DNA from: Thermoplasmatota archaeon
GTDB lineage: Archaea; Thermoplasmatota; E2; DHVEG-1; B18-G2
Reading direction: 5' to 3'
DNA length: 46,297 nt
Assembly: GCA_029259115.1 (NCBI GenBank)
Contig: JAPDJO010000005.1
Location: 1-46,297 of the forward strand
Shown: piece by piece, positions 10,567 through 20,428 of the stretch
Layout: the number at the start of each line of letters is the position of its first letter
Numbering within the stretch: position 1 is the stretch's first letter
Notes under the pieces: generated by a model
What the model saw: only the letters and a program-made list of their open reading frames with translations
What the model was told of the DNA's origin: nothing
Databases searched by the model: none
Translations under genes and position numbers: made by a program

Positions 10567-10932
10567 CTATACTCCTCTACCTGGAACTATTATAGTCTCT
10601 ATAACCTTATCATCCTTTCTTATAGTTTTGAGAAGATTGGCTGGACCTATAACAGTTATTCTCGATCTCCTTATCCCCAGGATTCTCTGAAAGAAACCAA
10701 CCTTTTCTTCTGGATAACCCTCCATCTCTATTCCTATGAATGTATCATGATCTATGGTTGACATCGTTTTCTTTATCAGATCAGCCTGTTCACTAGCTGT
10801 TAACCCAGATTCAAGAATCAGTATCTTTCCCTTCTTTACTTCCCCTATTATGAAGTCTATTTTTTCGGAGCTCGAGAGTTCATTCAATTTATTTCTAGAT
10901 ACAAGATTAACGGTTATCCCTCTAGCCTTCAC
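10567..10932 (-). CDS. oapB: OapB/DUF2073-family protein
   Basis: ILILESGLTASEQADLI, FIGIEME, ITVIGPAN. Confidence 0.85.
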   Translation of the reverse strand: MKARGITVNLVSRNKLNELSSSEKIDFIIGEVKKGKILILESGLTASEQADLIKKTMSTIDHDTFIGIEMEGYPEEKVGFFQRILGIRRSRITVIGPANLLKTIRKDDKVIETIIVPGRGV

Positions 10933-11591
10933 CTCGATCTCCTCCTTCTCTTCTTACCAAAATGCTCAACCATCTTTGTGTACAACATATCCATATTATG
11001 ACCAGTCAAAGCGCTTATAGGTACAACTGGATGTTGGGGAAACGCCGACTTTAGGGTTGCTGGACTTGCATTCTCTAGATCTATCTTGTTTGCAGCTATT
11101 ATCACAGGGAGATTTCTCGCCTCAAGATTACCAAGTATAGTAACGTTTACTTGGGTAAATGGATCTTGGGTAGAATCCATGACAAGGACAACCCCATCTA
11201 TGTCATCTAACCATCTTATAGCTTCTATAACTCCTTCGGTCGCTTCTTTGGCTCTTCGCCTTGCTTCCTCTTCGCTTAATCCATAGTTCAAAAAGTCTCT
11301 GAAGTCAACCTTTGTTGTTATTCCTGGCGTATCAACTATATCTATGATCAATGATGAGTTCCCGTTTTCTATCTTTATGTTTGATTTTGCTTTCGCTCTT
11401 CTGGTTTCGTGAGGTATATCTGATACGCTTCCTATGACTTCTCCACACCAGTCTCTTGCTATCCTGTTAGCGAGGGTTGTTTTTCCTACGTTTGGAGGAC
11501 CATATATTCCTATCCTTGCATGCCTCCTTCCAAATATCCTTTCAAGGAATCTGCCAAGAGATGAAAAGCGAAACGCATCTATCAATCCCAT
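10929..11591 (-). CDS. oapA: OapA Era-like GTPase
   Basis: GPPNVGKTT (G1), PHETR, DTPG (G3), NKID (G4), ISAL (G5). Confidence 0.88.
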   Translation of the reverse strand: MGLIDAFRFSSLGRFLERIFGRRHARIGIYGPPNVGKTTLANRIARDWCGEVIGSVSDIPHETRRAKAKSNIKIENGNSSLIIDIVDTPGITTKVDFRDFLNYGLSEEEARRRAKEATEGVIEAIRWLDDIDGVVLVMDSTQDPFTQVNVTILGNLEARNLPVIIAANKIDLENASPATLKSAFPQHPVVPISALTGHNMDMLYTKMVEHFGKKRRRRSR

Positions 11592-11653
11592 CCCGCTTCC
11601 TCCAGAGTTGAGTATACTGTTTGAGTTTATTAGTTTAGCGGTTAGTATAATTT

Positions 11654-12361
11654 TTAAACCATAGATTTTGGATATTTACATAATTTTCTCAGAGGACAAT
11701 CCTTACATCTTGGCTCCCTTTTCTTACAGTACTCCTTTCCTAGTCTAACGAGTAGAGCATGATATTCAGCAAAGATCTTTTGGTCTTTGGGGAGGGATTC
11801 CATGAAAATTCTTTGGAGCTGATCATAGTCTTTATCCTTGGTAATACCTAATCTCTCCATAATTCTCTTTGTATAGGCATCTATAACGAAAATAGGCTTT
11901 AGAGCAGAGTACAGAATCATGGAGTCTGCAGTCTCTTTTCCTATACCTTTAATACTCAGAAGTTCGTTCCTCAGGCTTTCTATATCTAGAGAGAACAGGT
12001 TTTCAAGTTTCCCTTCATATTTATCTATCACAAAACTAACAAAATCTTTAATCCGTTGAGCCTTTTGATTGTAATATCCAGAAGATCTTATTAGTCTTGC
12101 AAGGTCTTTTTTGTCTATATGGTTAAGTTTGTGAATATCCATTAAACCTTTTCTGTTCAGATTTTCTATAGCCTTCTCTACGTTCTTCCAGCTGGTGTTT
12201 TGTGTGAGTATCGCACCTACAACTATTTCCAACCGCTCTTTTTCTACCTTTGGCTTCTCACCTCTATGCTCTGGTTTATATTCTCCTTCTTTTGTTGTAG
12301 GCCACCATCCCTGTTCTCCGAAATGATCTAACAGAAGCTTGTAAATCTTGTATAGATCCAC
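11654..12361 (-). CDS. HhH-GPD DNA glycosylase, endonuclease III-related, with 4Fe-4S motif
   Basis: WWP...EIVVGAILTQNTSW, HhH GIGKETAD, VIDAYT, CKKREPRCKDCPLRKLC. Confidence 0.9.
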   Translation of the reverse strand: MDLYKIYKLLLDHFGEQGWWPTTKEGEYKPEHRGEKPKVEKERLEIVVGAILTQNTSWKNVEKAIENLNRKGLMDIHKLNHIDKKDLARLIRSSGYYNQKAQRIKDFVSFVIDKYEGKLENLFSLDIESLRNELLSIKGIGKETADSMILYSALKPIFVIDAYTKRIMERLGITKDKDYDQLQRIFMESLPKDQKIFAEYHALLVRLGKEYCKKREPRCKDCPLRKLCKYPKSMV

Positions 12362-12442
12362 GAGACAGAATTGAATTCTGGATTAAAATTTTACAGTATT
12401 GTAATACCAACCCTTAAATATACTAATCATAATCTGACTGGA

Positions 12443-13366
12443 GTGATAGAGGTAAGTAATCTCAAAAAATCCTATGGAAACATAGTTGCTTTAGATGGCA
12501 TATCCTTTGAGGTTAAAAAAGGAGAGGCCTTTGCCTTTCTTGGGCCAAATGGGGCTGGAAAGACAACGACAATAAAGATTCTCATGGGTTTTTTGTATCC
12601 AGATTCTGGGGAGGTAAAAATCTTTGGGAAAGATGTAGATAGGTATGAAAAGGAAATCAGAAAGAGAATAGGTTTTCTCCCAGAAGAAGTTGGATTCTAT
12701 GAGAATTTGACTGTTTATGACAACATGGATTTCTATGCTAGATTGTTCGGTATTTCAAAATTAGAGAGAAATAAAATAATAAAAGAAACCCTTGAACGTG
12801 TAGGACTTCTGGATAGGAAAGATTCCAAGGTGAAAGAGTTATCTCACGGAATGAAGCAAAGACTGGGAATCGCACAATCCTTGATAAATCATCCAGAGCT
12901 TTTGATATATGATGAGCCAACATCAGGATTGGATCCAAGATCGAGCTATGAAGTCAGGAAGTTAATAAAAGATCTATTAAGAGAAGGTGTAACCCTGTTT
13001 CTATCATCTCATCTTCTCTACGAAGTTCAGCAGATCTGTGATACGGTAGCTATAATCGATAAGGGTAAACTGGTTAAGAAAGACAGGATAGAAAATTTAA
13101 TCAGAGAGATCAGAGGCCAAACCATTAGAGTCAGAATAACCTGTCTCAATCTGAATGAAGATATTTTAAAAATAGCGAGAGAGGTTAGAGGAGTAACGAG
13201 GATAAAAGCATCAGATAAGACAATAATAGCCGACGTAAAAGATGAAGATACCATAGCGAATCTGAACTCAGCAATAACCAAGGCAGGCGGAAGAATAACA
13301 AAGATAGAGCACCTAACACCAGACCTTGAACAGATATTTCTCAAGCTCACAGGTGAGAACAAATGA
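12443..13366 (+). CDS. ABC transporter ATP-binding protein (ABC-2/multidrug type)
   Basis: GPNGAGKTT, LSHGMKQR, LIYDEPTSGLD, SSH; likely GTG start at 12443. Confidence 0.93.
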   Translation: MIEVSNLKKSYGNIVALDGISFEVKKGEAFAFLGPNGAGKTTTIKILMGFLYPDSGEVKIFGKDVDRYEKEIRKRIGFLPEEVGFYENLTVYDNMDFYARLFGISKLERNKIIKETLERVGLLDRKDSKVKELSHGMKQRLGIAQSLINHPELLIYDEPTSGLDPRSSYEVRKLIKDLLREGVTLFLSSHLLYEVQQICDTVAIIDKGKLVKKDRIENLIREIRGQTIRVRITCLNLNEDILKIAREVRGVTRIKASDKTIIADVKDEDTIANLNSAITKAGGRITKIEHLTPDLEQIFLKLTGENK

Positions 13367-14178
13367 TGATATCACTTTTATCGATATGGGAAATATCGAG
13401 GAAGGAGTTTTATGAACATCTAAAGACAAAGAGATTCATTCTGATTTCAGGCTTATACGCTCTAGGTTTTATACTATCCATATGGATTTCATCTTATTAC
13501 AACACTTTAACTTCTAGAGATTTTTTGGAAATCCTGGCTGCCTCACATTCTGTAACATCCATATTCTATGCTATCCTTCCTATAGCTTTATCATATGATC
13601 TCATATCAAGAGAAAGGATCAACAAGTCGATTTATCTCCTGCTTTCGAAACCTGTTAACAGAGAGGAGGTTGTATTGGGCAAATTTCTAGGAGTGTTTCT
13701 GGTAATATGCTCTATCCTGATTCCTGTTGTTACAATAGGATCAGCAATCTTTTCCTTATACCATGGTACTCCATCTCTCCATGATCTATCAAAATCCTAT
13801 CTCTATCTTGGAGCTATAATACTGGCAACCTTATGTTATATATCCTTATCTCTTCTATTCTCAACATTCTCTAGATCATCTGCAACTTCTCTTATATTAT
13901 CCCTAATAGTAGGATGGTTTGGACTAAGCATGATTTATCCTCTGTCTGTGATGTATAGAGCATTTTCGGGAAATGTATCTGGAATTCCATGGTATGTAAA
14001 GATAGCATACGCTATATCTCCATATAACAATCTCAACTCAGCTCAAAGGATAATCTCAAAACCTCTCTATCAGAATCCACCTATATCAGTGGAGCAATCG
14101 ATATTTTCTCTCATCGTTTTTCTCGTAGTTACGTTACTCCTATCTTTAATTATATTTAAGAAAGAGGACCTAAGTTAG
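13363..14178 (+). CDS. ABC-2 type permease
   Basis: About six hydrophobic helices; ISRE...LLSKPVNREEVVLGKF motif; ATGA overlap with the ATPase gene. Confidence 0.9.
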   Translation: MMISLLSIWEISRKEFYEHLKTKRFILISGLYALGFILSIWISSYYNTLTSRDFLEILAASHSVTSIFYAILPIALSYDLISRERINKSIYLLLSKPVNREEVVLGKFLGVFLVICSILIPVVTIGSAIFSLYHGTPSLHDLSKSYLYLGAIILATLCYISLSLLFSTFSRSSATSLILSLIVGWFGLSMIYPLSVMYRAFSGNVSGIPWYVKIAYAISPYNNLNSAQRIISKPLYQNPPISVEQSIFSLIVFLVVTLLLSLIIFKKEDLS

Positions 14179-14255
14179 ATAGCAACGATAAACTATAAAT
14201 AAGGGAAATATGATATGCGTTTTGCTTCTATAAAACCGGATTTTGAGGAGTTACT

Positions 14256-14900
14256 ATGCAAGAGGAAAGGGTTAAGGAAACCGGAACAACAACCTTAGGA
14301 TTGGTTTGCAAAGATGGCGTAGTAGTAGCTACAGAGAGAAGAGCTACAATGGGGACCATGATAGCCCACAAAGTTACAAAGAAGCTTTTCCAGATAGATG
14401 AACATCTTGCTCTGACAACCGCTGGTCTAGTTGGAGATGTCCAAGTACTAGCTAGATACCTAAGTGCAGAAGCAAAGCTCTACAGACTGATGAGAGAGAT
14501 ACCTATGCCAGTAGAGGCAGCTGCTACGCTTATGGCAAACATCCTGAACCAGAGCAAATTCTTCCCATACTATGTGCAGCTCATAATAGCTGGCTATGAT
14601 CTAGAGGGTCCTCATGTATACTCTCTAGATGCCGCAGGCGGAGCGATACCAGATAAGTATGTATCTACAGGATCAGGTTCACCCTATGTCTATGGAGTCT
14701 TAGAGGACCATTACAAAGATGATATGAGTGTAGATGAGGGTATTGACCTTGCTATAAGAGCTATATCCGCTGCAATGAGAAGAGACTCTGCTTCTGGGGA
14801 TGGCATAGATGTTGCTGTTATTACAAAGGAAGGCTTTAGGTTTATACCTGAAGATGAGGTTAAGAAGAGAAGAGAGAGGTTGGAAAAGAAGAAGGCATAG
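14256..14900 (+). CDS. psmB: Proteasome subunit beta
   Basis: Short propeptide then TG/TTTLG; [12 protein letters not shown]; RDSASGDG. Confidence 0.97.
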   Translation: MQEERVKETGTTTLGLVCKDGVVVATERRATMGTMIAHKVTKKLFQIDEHLALTTAGLVGDVQVLARYLSAEAKLYRLMREIPMPVEAAATLMANILNQSKFFPYYVQLIIAGYDLEGPHVYSLDAAGGAIPDKYVSTGSGSPYVYGVLEDHYKDDMSVDEGIDLAIRAISAAMRRDSASGDGIDVAVITKEGFRFIPEDEVKKRRERLEKKKA

Positions 14901-14923
14901 AATCTATTTAGAGCGGATGAGGA

Positions 14924-16834
14924 ATGACAGTAGAGGATGTTCTTAGAGAGATCAAGGTAAAGGTAAAAGAAACTATACCCAGTGATATCCAGATCACAGA
15001 CGTTGAGTTTGAGGGTCCACTTCTAGTTATCTACACAAAGCATCCCCAAAAGTTTGCTGAAAAGGAACATTTGGTAAGGCAACTTGCAAAGATGTTACAG
15101 AAGAGGATAACTGTGAGACCAGATCCATCCGTTTTGACAGATTCAAAGGTTGCTGAGAAGAGAATAAAGGAGATAATACCTGATGAGGCAGGGATAACAA
15201 ATCTCTACTTCCAGCCTGATGTTGGAGAGGTGATTATAGAGGCTGTTAAGCCAGGCGTCGTCATAGGCAAAAAAGGAGCCTTGCTTAACCAGATAAAGAA
15301 GGAGATAAACTGGACACCGAGAGTGGTTAGAACTCCACCTATCCAATCGAAAACGGTTCAGGAGATAAGAGCCTACCTCAGAACAGTATCAGAGGAAAGA
15401 AAATCCATTCTCAGACAGATAGGGAGAAGATTGCATAGGGGAGTATCTGAGAATGAGAAGTTTGTCAGGGTTATAGCTCTTGGCGGTTTCAGAGAAGTTG
15501 GAAGATCCTGTGCGATGCTTCATACCAAAGATGCAAAGATACTTATCGATGTGGGTCTTGATGTCTCCTCAGATGCTAATGGCTCTCCATATCTAAATCT
15601 GCCTGAAGTTTTACCTTTAGAGACCATAGATGCAGTCGTAGTTACGCATGCTCATCTAGATCATTCTGGTCTTGTTCCTGTTCTCTATAAGTATGGATAC
15701 GATGGCCCGGTTTACTGTACTCCTCCAACCAGAGATCTCATGACCCTATTACAGATGGACTACCTCAAGGTAGCTGTTGCTGACGCAAAGAAAACTCCAT
15801 ACTCCTCCGAGCATATAAGAGAATTGCTAAAACACTGCATTACTTTGAATTATGGAGATACGACAGATATAGCTCCAGGTGTGAAGCTTACATTACACAA
15901 TGCAGGTCATATCCTCGGCTCTGCGGTAGCTCACTTCCATATCGGAGAAGGTTTGTATAATATAGTTTTCACTGGGGATATAAAATATGAGAGAACATGG
16001 CTGTTCGATCCTGCTGTAAACAGATTTCCTAGAGTAGAGGCTGTTGTGATGGAAGCTACTTATGGAGGAAAAGCGGATCTCCAGCCATCGAGGAGAGAGG
16101 CTGTAGAGAGACTCAGAGATATCGTTCAGAGAACATTAAAGAGAAAAGGAAAGGTTCTCATACCTGTCTTTGCTGTTGGTAGATCTCAGGAAGTGATGAT
16201 AGCTTTAGAGAATATGATTAGAAATGAGGAGATACCCAATGTTCCAGTTTATCTGGATGGTATGATATGGGAGGCTACAGCCATACATACAGCCTATCCA
16301 GAATATCTAAACAATCATCTGAGAAGCTTGATTCTGCATAAAGGAGAGAATCCTCTTCTATCTGATACATTTGTTAGGGTTGATAGCTATGACATGAGAC
16401 AGGAATTACTTGGAGATCCAGATCCATGCATAGTTCTAGCAACCAGTGGTATGCTTAATGGAGGCCCTATAATGGAATATCTGAAAGCATGGGCTGAAGA
16501 TGAAAAGAATACCTTAACATTTGTAGGTTATCAGGCGGAGGGTACGTTGGGAAGAAGAATCCAAAAAGGATGGAAAGAAGTACCTCTTAGTGTGAGAGGA
16601 GTATCCGCTACAATAAAGATAAAGATGGATGTCGAGACATGTGATGGATTCTCTGGGCATAGCGATAGAGGTCAACTCATAACATATCTTAACAACATGT
16701 CACCAAAACCAGAAAGAGCGATATTCTGTCATGGAGAAGAATCAAAATGCCTTGATCTAGCATCAACTATTCACAGAAGATTTGGCATCCCAACAGTAGC
16801 CCCACAAAACATGGAAGCTGTTAGGTTGAAGTGA
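14924..16834 (+). CDS. fttA: Beta-CASP ribonuclease aCPSF1 / transcription termination factor FttA
   Basis: N-terminal KH domains, THAHLDH, NAGHILGS, FAVGRSQE, GFSGHSD; conserved position after psmB. Confidence 0.96.
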   Translation: MTVEDVLREIKVKVKETIPSDIQITDVEFEGPLLVIYTKHPQKFAEKEHLVRQLAKMLQKRITVRPDPSVLTDSKVAEKRIKEIIPDEAGITNLYFQPDVGEVIIEAVKPGVVIGKKGALLNQIKKEINWTPRVVRTPPIQSKTVQEIRAYLRTVSEERKSILRQIGRRLHRGVSENEKFVRVIALGGFREVGRSCAMLHTKDAKILIDVGLDVSSDANGSPYLNLPEVLPLETIDAVVVTHAHLDHSGLVPVLYKYGYDGPVYCTPPTRDLMTLLQMDYLKVAVADAKKTPYSSEHIRELLKHCITLNYGDTTDIAPGVKLTLHNAGHILGSAVAHFHIGEGLYNIVFTGDIKYERTWLFDPAVNRFPRVEAVVMEATYGGKADLQPSRREAVERLRDIVQRTLKRKGKVLIPVFAVGRSQEVMIALENMIRNEEIPNVPVYLDGMIWEATAIHTAYPEYLNNHLRSLILHKGENPLLSDTFVRVDSYDMRQELLGDPDPCIVLATSGMLNGGPIMEYLKAWAEDEKNTLTFVGYQAEGTLGRRIQKGWKEVPLSVRGVSATIKIKMDVETCDGFSGHSDRGQLITYLNNMSPKPERAIFCHGEESKCLDLASTIHRRFGIPTVAPQNMEAVRLK

Positions 16835-16919
16835 AAACCTAATAATTTAGTTAGGATTTGTACTTATTCTAATAGATACCCAACATTTAAAAGGCACTAT
16901 GAATTATAACTTTATGATT

Positions 16920-17081
16920 ATGAGTAAAAGAAAAAGAATATACAATCCTGTTACTGGAAGATACTACACTATTAGACAGAGGACTACAAAGTTTGGTAGA
17001 AAGGGACAAATTAAAGGATTGTGGAAGCCACCAAAAAAGTTAATGAGAAAATCCTTAATCGATCTCATTTTGGGCAAATAG
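16920..17081 (+). CDS. Hypothetical highly basic 53-aa microprotein
   Basis: MSKRKRIYNPVTGRYYTIRQRTTKFGRKGQIKGLW; TTTAAAA box upstream; ends 4 nt before the PIN gene. Confidence 0.65.
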   Translation: MSKRKRIYNPVTGRYYTIRQRTTKFGRKGQIKGLWKPPKKLMRKSLIDLILGK

Positions 17082-17085
17082 AGTT

Positions 17086-17691
17086 ATGAAAAAAGTATTT
17101 CTAGATTCCAACGTGATTGCAAATTGGATACTTATAAAGGACTTAAGCGAGAAGATAGATGAATTTAAGAATGAAAGGGTACTTAGGAGAAGATTTGAAA
17201 GTATAAGTTTTTCACACACCTTGATTGAAGCTCTCCTCTTTTCTGATAAATACAAGGTTGAAACTTCAAACTTGGCAATAGCTGAAGTCTACCATGTAAT
17301 CTACAATGAGATAATTTCTCTTAGGCTATATCGCAATGGAATTCCTTTGACTCTTTGGTCAAAGATGAGAGAAAAGCAGAAGTTAACAGAGGAGGACAAG
17401 TATCTGATAAGAGAAACAATCACAAGATACATTGGTGAGTTGGAAGAAAATGCAGACATTATAAACGATAAGATAGATCGAGAAGTATATCCAAAATTAG
17501 TCCTTGAATATGGGTTAAGAACACACGATGCTGTTTTACTAACAACTGCTATATTAGATAGATGTAGCTGGTTTATAACTAATGATAGGGAGATTGTAAG
17601 TTTATGCAAGAAGAAAAGGAAAACTCGGTTTTCAGAAATGTTCAAAATCGTTTTAGATCTCCCACAAAACTTCCTGCGTGTTGTGAAATAG
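17086..17691 (+). CDS. PIN-domain (VapC-like) ribonuclease, enlarged (201 aa)
   Basis: VFLDSNV, SNLAIAEV, LRTHDAVLLTTA, FITNDRE: all four acidic PIN positions present. Confidence 0.85.
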   Translation: MKKVFLDSNVIANWILIKDLSEKIDEFKNERVLRRRFESISFSHTLIEALLFSDKYKVETSNLAIAEVYHVIYNEIISLRLYRNGIPLTLWSKMREKQKLTEEDKYLIRETITRYIGELEENADIINDKIDREVYPKLVLEYGLRTHDAVLLTTAILDRCSWFITNDREIVSLCKKKRKTRFSEMFKIVLDLPQNFLRVVK

Positions 17692-17723
17692 ATTTTAGGA
17701 TTGATGTGTAGAAAAACCGAGAG

Positions 17724-17796
17724 CGCCGCCTGCCGGATTCGAACCGGCGACCTCTCGGTTAACAGCCGAGTGCTCCACCAGCTGAGCTAAGGCGGC
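17724..17796 (-). tRNA. tRNA-Asn(GUU)
   Basis: Acceptor GCCGCCT/AGGCGGC, anticodon arm CTCGG-CT-GTT-AA-CCGAG, GGTTCGAATCC. Confidence 0.97.
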
Positions 17797-17833
17797 GGCG
17801 CATTAGGTAAAATAAAGTTTCACCATAAAAGGT

Positions 17834-18376
17834 TTACCAGTTTCCCATCGATTCGAATTCTATCTCTCTCCTCTTCCTCTGCAGATATTTGTAGACGGTT
17901 CCATGCTTACTGCCATTTATCAGCATCTCTATGGCTGTTCTTATGGCTTCCATGAATTCTATAGAGGTTATAACCGCTACCGTATGTCCATAGACAGAGA
18001 TTATGGAGTCTGTCATGTTCTCCAAAATCCTTTTTGTTCTACCCTCTCTTCCTATTATCCTACCTTTTACCCTCCTTATATGACTCTCCTTCCTTCCAAC
18101 ATAGTCTCTAAGATCAAAGAGGATAAAATAGGAATCATCATCAAATAATCTGAATGCATGCTCTGGAGAAAATCCTCTTCCGATAGCTACAACGATATTC
18201 TCTACCTTGAGAGATGCCAAAGGATCTTCTGCATTTGAATCATCTATCTGTACTTCCCCAGAGTTTGAGTCTATCTTCAGCTTTATCTTTGTCTTTCTCT
18301 CAATCTCTTCTTTAACCTCTCCCTTATGCCCTATGAGCACCCCTATTCTATCTCTTGGGATCCTTACATACCTCAT
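17834..18376 (-). CDS. KH-domain ribosome biogenesis protein (Dim2/PNO1 family)
   Basis: RIGVLIGHKG, AIGRGFSPE, GRIIGREG, GSKHGTVY; located after RIO1. Confidence 0.93.
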   Translation of the reverse strand: MRYVRIPRDRIGVLIGHKGEVKEEIERKTKIKLKIDSNSGEVQIDDSNAEDPLASLKVENIVVAIGRGFSPEHAFRLFDDDSYFILFDLRDYVGRKESHIRRVKGRIIGREGRTKRILENMTDSIISVYGHTVAVITSIEFMEAIRTAIEMLINGSKHGTVYKYLQRKRREIEFESMGNW

Positions 18377-18387
18377 AGCCTTACAAC

Positions 18388-19155
18388 CTATCTATTCTTA
18401 ATGATCTTATTAAAAATCTTTTCGGCATCCTCTTCTATGCCGTACCTCTTGAAGTAGTTTACTATGTTTCTTATGTCTCTAGCTAGAAACTCCATGGCCA
18501 TGGGATGCTCACTGATCACGCCCTGCGCCAGATCTATGAGATAGGGGATATCATCGAAATAGAGTATATTGTACTCGCTGAGATCGCTGTGTATAAGATC
18601 TCCCTCCACGAACATCCTTTCTATATATCCTAAAACCTCCTTGTAAATCTTTTCCGGTTTGCTCAATTTTACGCTTTTCAGCAAAGGTGCTGGAGATACT
18701 TCATCACCTATGTAACTCATGACAAGAATATTCTTCCAAGCTCTTACAGGTCGAGGAGCTGGAATATTTAGATCTTTCAAAATCTCGAGGTTTTTGTATT
18801 CTTTCCTCACCCACTGATGTATTATCTCTCTCTTACTTTTCTCTACAGTTGAGAATCTGGGATCTCCTTGGATGTAGTATATCATCCTCTTGAAATTGGA
18901 TGTAGCTATCCTGTATACCTTGACAGCTATGATTTTTCCTCTGGGAGTTACAGCTCTGAAAACGTTAGCTTCTTTCCCTGTAGATATGGGAAAATCTACA
19001 TAATCTATGATTCTATCGGATATTAGCTTTCCAAAAGCTAGAAGGGTAGGTCTATCAAAAACCTCATTCAATGTTTTCCTATCAATACCTATCCTATTCT
19101 TTATCTCCTGAATCTCCCTATCTATTTCCCTTAAAATATCCTCATCAACATCCAT
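18388..19155 (-). CDS. rio1: RIO1-family atypical protein kinase
   Basis: STGKEANVF, AVKVYR, HSDLSEYNIL, IDLAQ. Confidence 0.95.
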   Translation of the reverse strand: MDVDEDILREIDREIQEIKNRIGIDRKTLNEVFDRPTLLAFGKLISDRIIDYVDFPISTGKEANVFRAVTPRGKIIAVKVYRIATSNFKRMIYYIQGDPRFSTVEKSKREIIHQWVRKEYKNLEILKDLNIPAPRPVRAWKNILVMSYIGDEVSPAPLLKSVKLSKPEKIYKEVLGYIERMFVEGDLIHSDLSEYNILYFDDIPYLIDLAQGVISEHPMAMEFLARDIRNIVNYFKRYGIEEDAEKIFNKIIKNR

Positions 19156-19156
19156 A

Positions 19157-19480
19157 CTAGAACACATCTAACTCCTTGGGTAAAATTCCTCTTCTACTTA
19201 GATTCGATGCCTGAATATGAGTGTATCTGAAGATTATATCGGCCTTCTCATCCTCAACATCCCATGGTTTTATTATTACAAGATCTCCATTTCTTATCCT
19301 CTGTTTCCTCTTTATTCTTCCGGGTATCCTCGCTAATCTTACCTTTCCATCCTCACATATAACCCTTGCTCTAGATCCCCCCATCATCTGATCAACTATA
19401 CCAAACATCTCCTTATTCTCTCTCCTGGGCAAAGGTGTACGAAGATACTCCTCTTGCTCATTTGTTTCCTCCTTCCTCAT
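19157..19480 (-). CDS. eif1a: Translation initiation factor aIF-1A
   Basis: GIVDQMMGG, CEDGKVRLARIPGR, GDLVIIKPW, KADIIFRY. Confidence 0.95.
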   Translation of the reverse strand: MRKEETNEQEEYLRTPLPRRENKEMFGIVDQMMGGSRARVICEDGKVRLARIPGRIKRKQRIRNGDLVIIKPWDVEDEKADIIFRYTHIQASNLSRRGILPKELDVF

Positions 19481-19491
19481 ACCAACACCCT

Positions 19492-20046
19492 CTAAAGACC
19501 AAGATCATCAGCTATAGCTTGCAGAGATTTCAGGGATATTTCCAGAAATTCCTTGAGAGGTATACCAAAATCGTAGCATATACTTATCTTCCTTCGATCG
19601 GCACCTCTAGCAAAGCTCTTATCATCAAATTTCTTCATTAAAGTCTCAACCCTGACCTCTGATAATTTCTTGGATGGCATCACTAGGGCTGTTGCTATTA
19701 TCAGACCAGATACAGCGTCTGCAGCAATCAAAGCCTTTTCTAAGCTTCTCGTGGGCATTTGACTTGTGTACTTGTAGTTGTGAGCCTTTATTGCATCTAG
19801 TATCTCTTCTGGAACCAAACCTTTTAACATCTCACAAGCTACTACGCCATGCTCCATGGGATCGTCTTGAGTATATTCATAATCCAAATCATGTAACAAT
19901 CCTGTTAATCCCCATATCTCCTCATCTCTACCTAATCTTCTGGCTAAACCTCTCATTATGGCTTCTACGGCGAGAGAATGCTTTATCAGATTCTCATCTC
20001 TGATGTATTTTCTAAGGAAAGCCAAAGCCTCTTCTCTTGTTATCAT
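19492..20046 (-). CDS. HD-superfamily (HDIG-type) phosphohydrolase
   Basis: KHSLAVEAIM, GLLHDLDYE, AIKAHN, ADAVSG. Confidence 0.9.
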   Translation of the reverse strand: MITREEALAFLRKYIRDENLIKHSLAVEAIMRGLARRLGRDEEIWGLTGLLHDLDYEYTQDDPMEHGVVACEMLKGLVPEEILDAIKAHNYKYTSQMPTRSLEKALIAADAVSGLIIATALVMPSKKLSEVRVETLMKKFDDKSFARGADRRKISICYDFGIPLKEFLEISLKSLQAIADDLGL

Positions 20047-20143
20047 TCAAATAAAGAAGGTAGGGTTTGATATTTTAAGGTTACTGTTGATAAAATCTAA
20101 ACTTCTTAACCGTAATATTTAAAACAGCCTCTCCTTTCAGGGT

Positions 20144-20428
20144 ATGAGAGTTATGGAGATAAAGGTTATTAAGGACAGGGCTAAAGAACTGGAATTAGAA
20201 ATAATAGGTGAGGATTCAACAATTTTGAATCCGATAAAGGAAAAACTTCTGGAAAGAGAGAATGTCGTTTACGCTGAATATTCGATAGAGCATCCAATAC
20301 TCTCTAATCCAAAGCTTTACATCAAAACGAAAAATGCAAATCCCAAGGATGAACTCAAGGCTGTACTCAAGGAATTACAAAAAGAGTTTAAGTCTTTTAG
20401 AGAGCAGATAGAGAAGACAAAGTTATGA
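20144..20428 (+). CDS. rpoL: DNA-directed RNA polymerase subunit L (Rpo11)
   Basis: LEIIGEDSTILN, AEYSIEHP, PKLYIKT. Confidence 0.92.
   Translation: MRVMEIKVIKDRAKELELEIIGEDSTILNPIKEKLLERENVVYAEYSIEHPILSNPKLYIKTKNANPKDELKAVLKELQKEFKSFREQIEKTKL

Noticed and set aside
16835-16900. Possible att site or element boundary upstream of the microprotein-PIN pair
   Set aside because: No copy of the tRNA-Asn 3' end and no integrase; only a short CCTAA/TTAGG repeat, so no mobile element is called.
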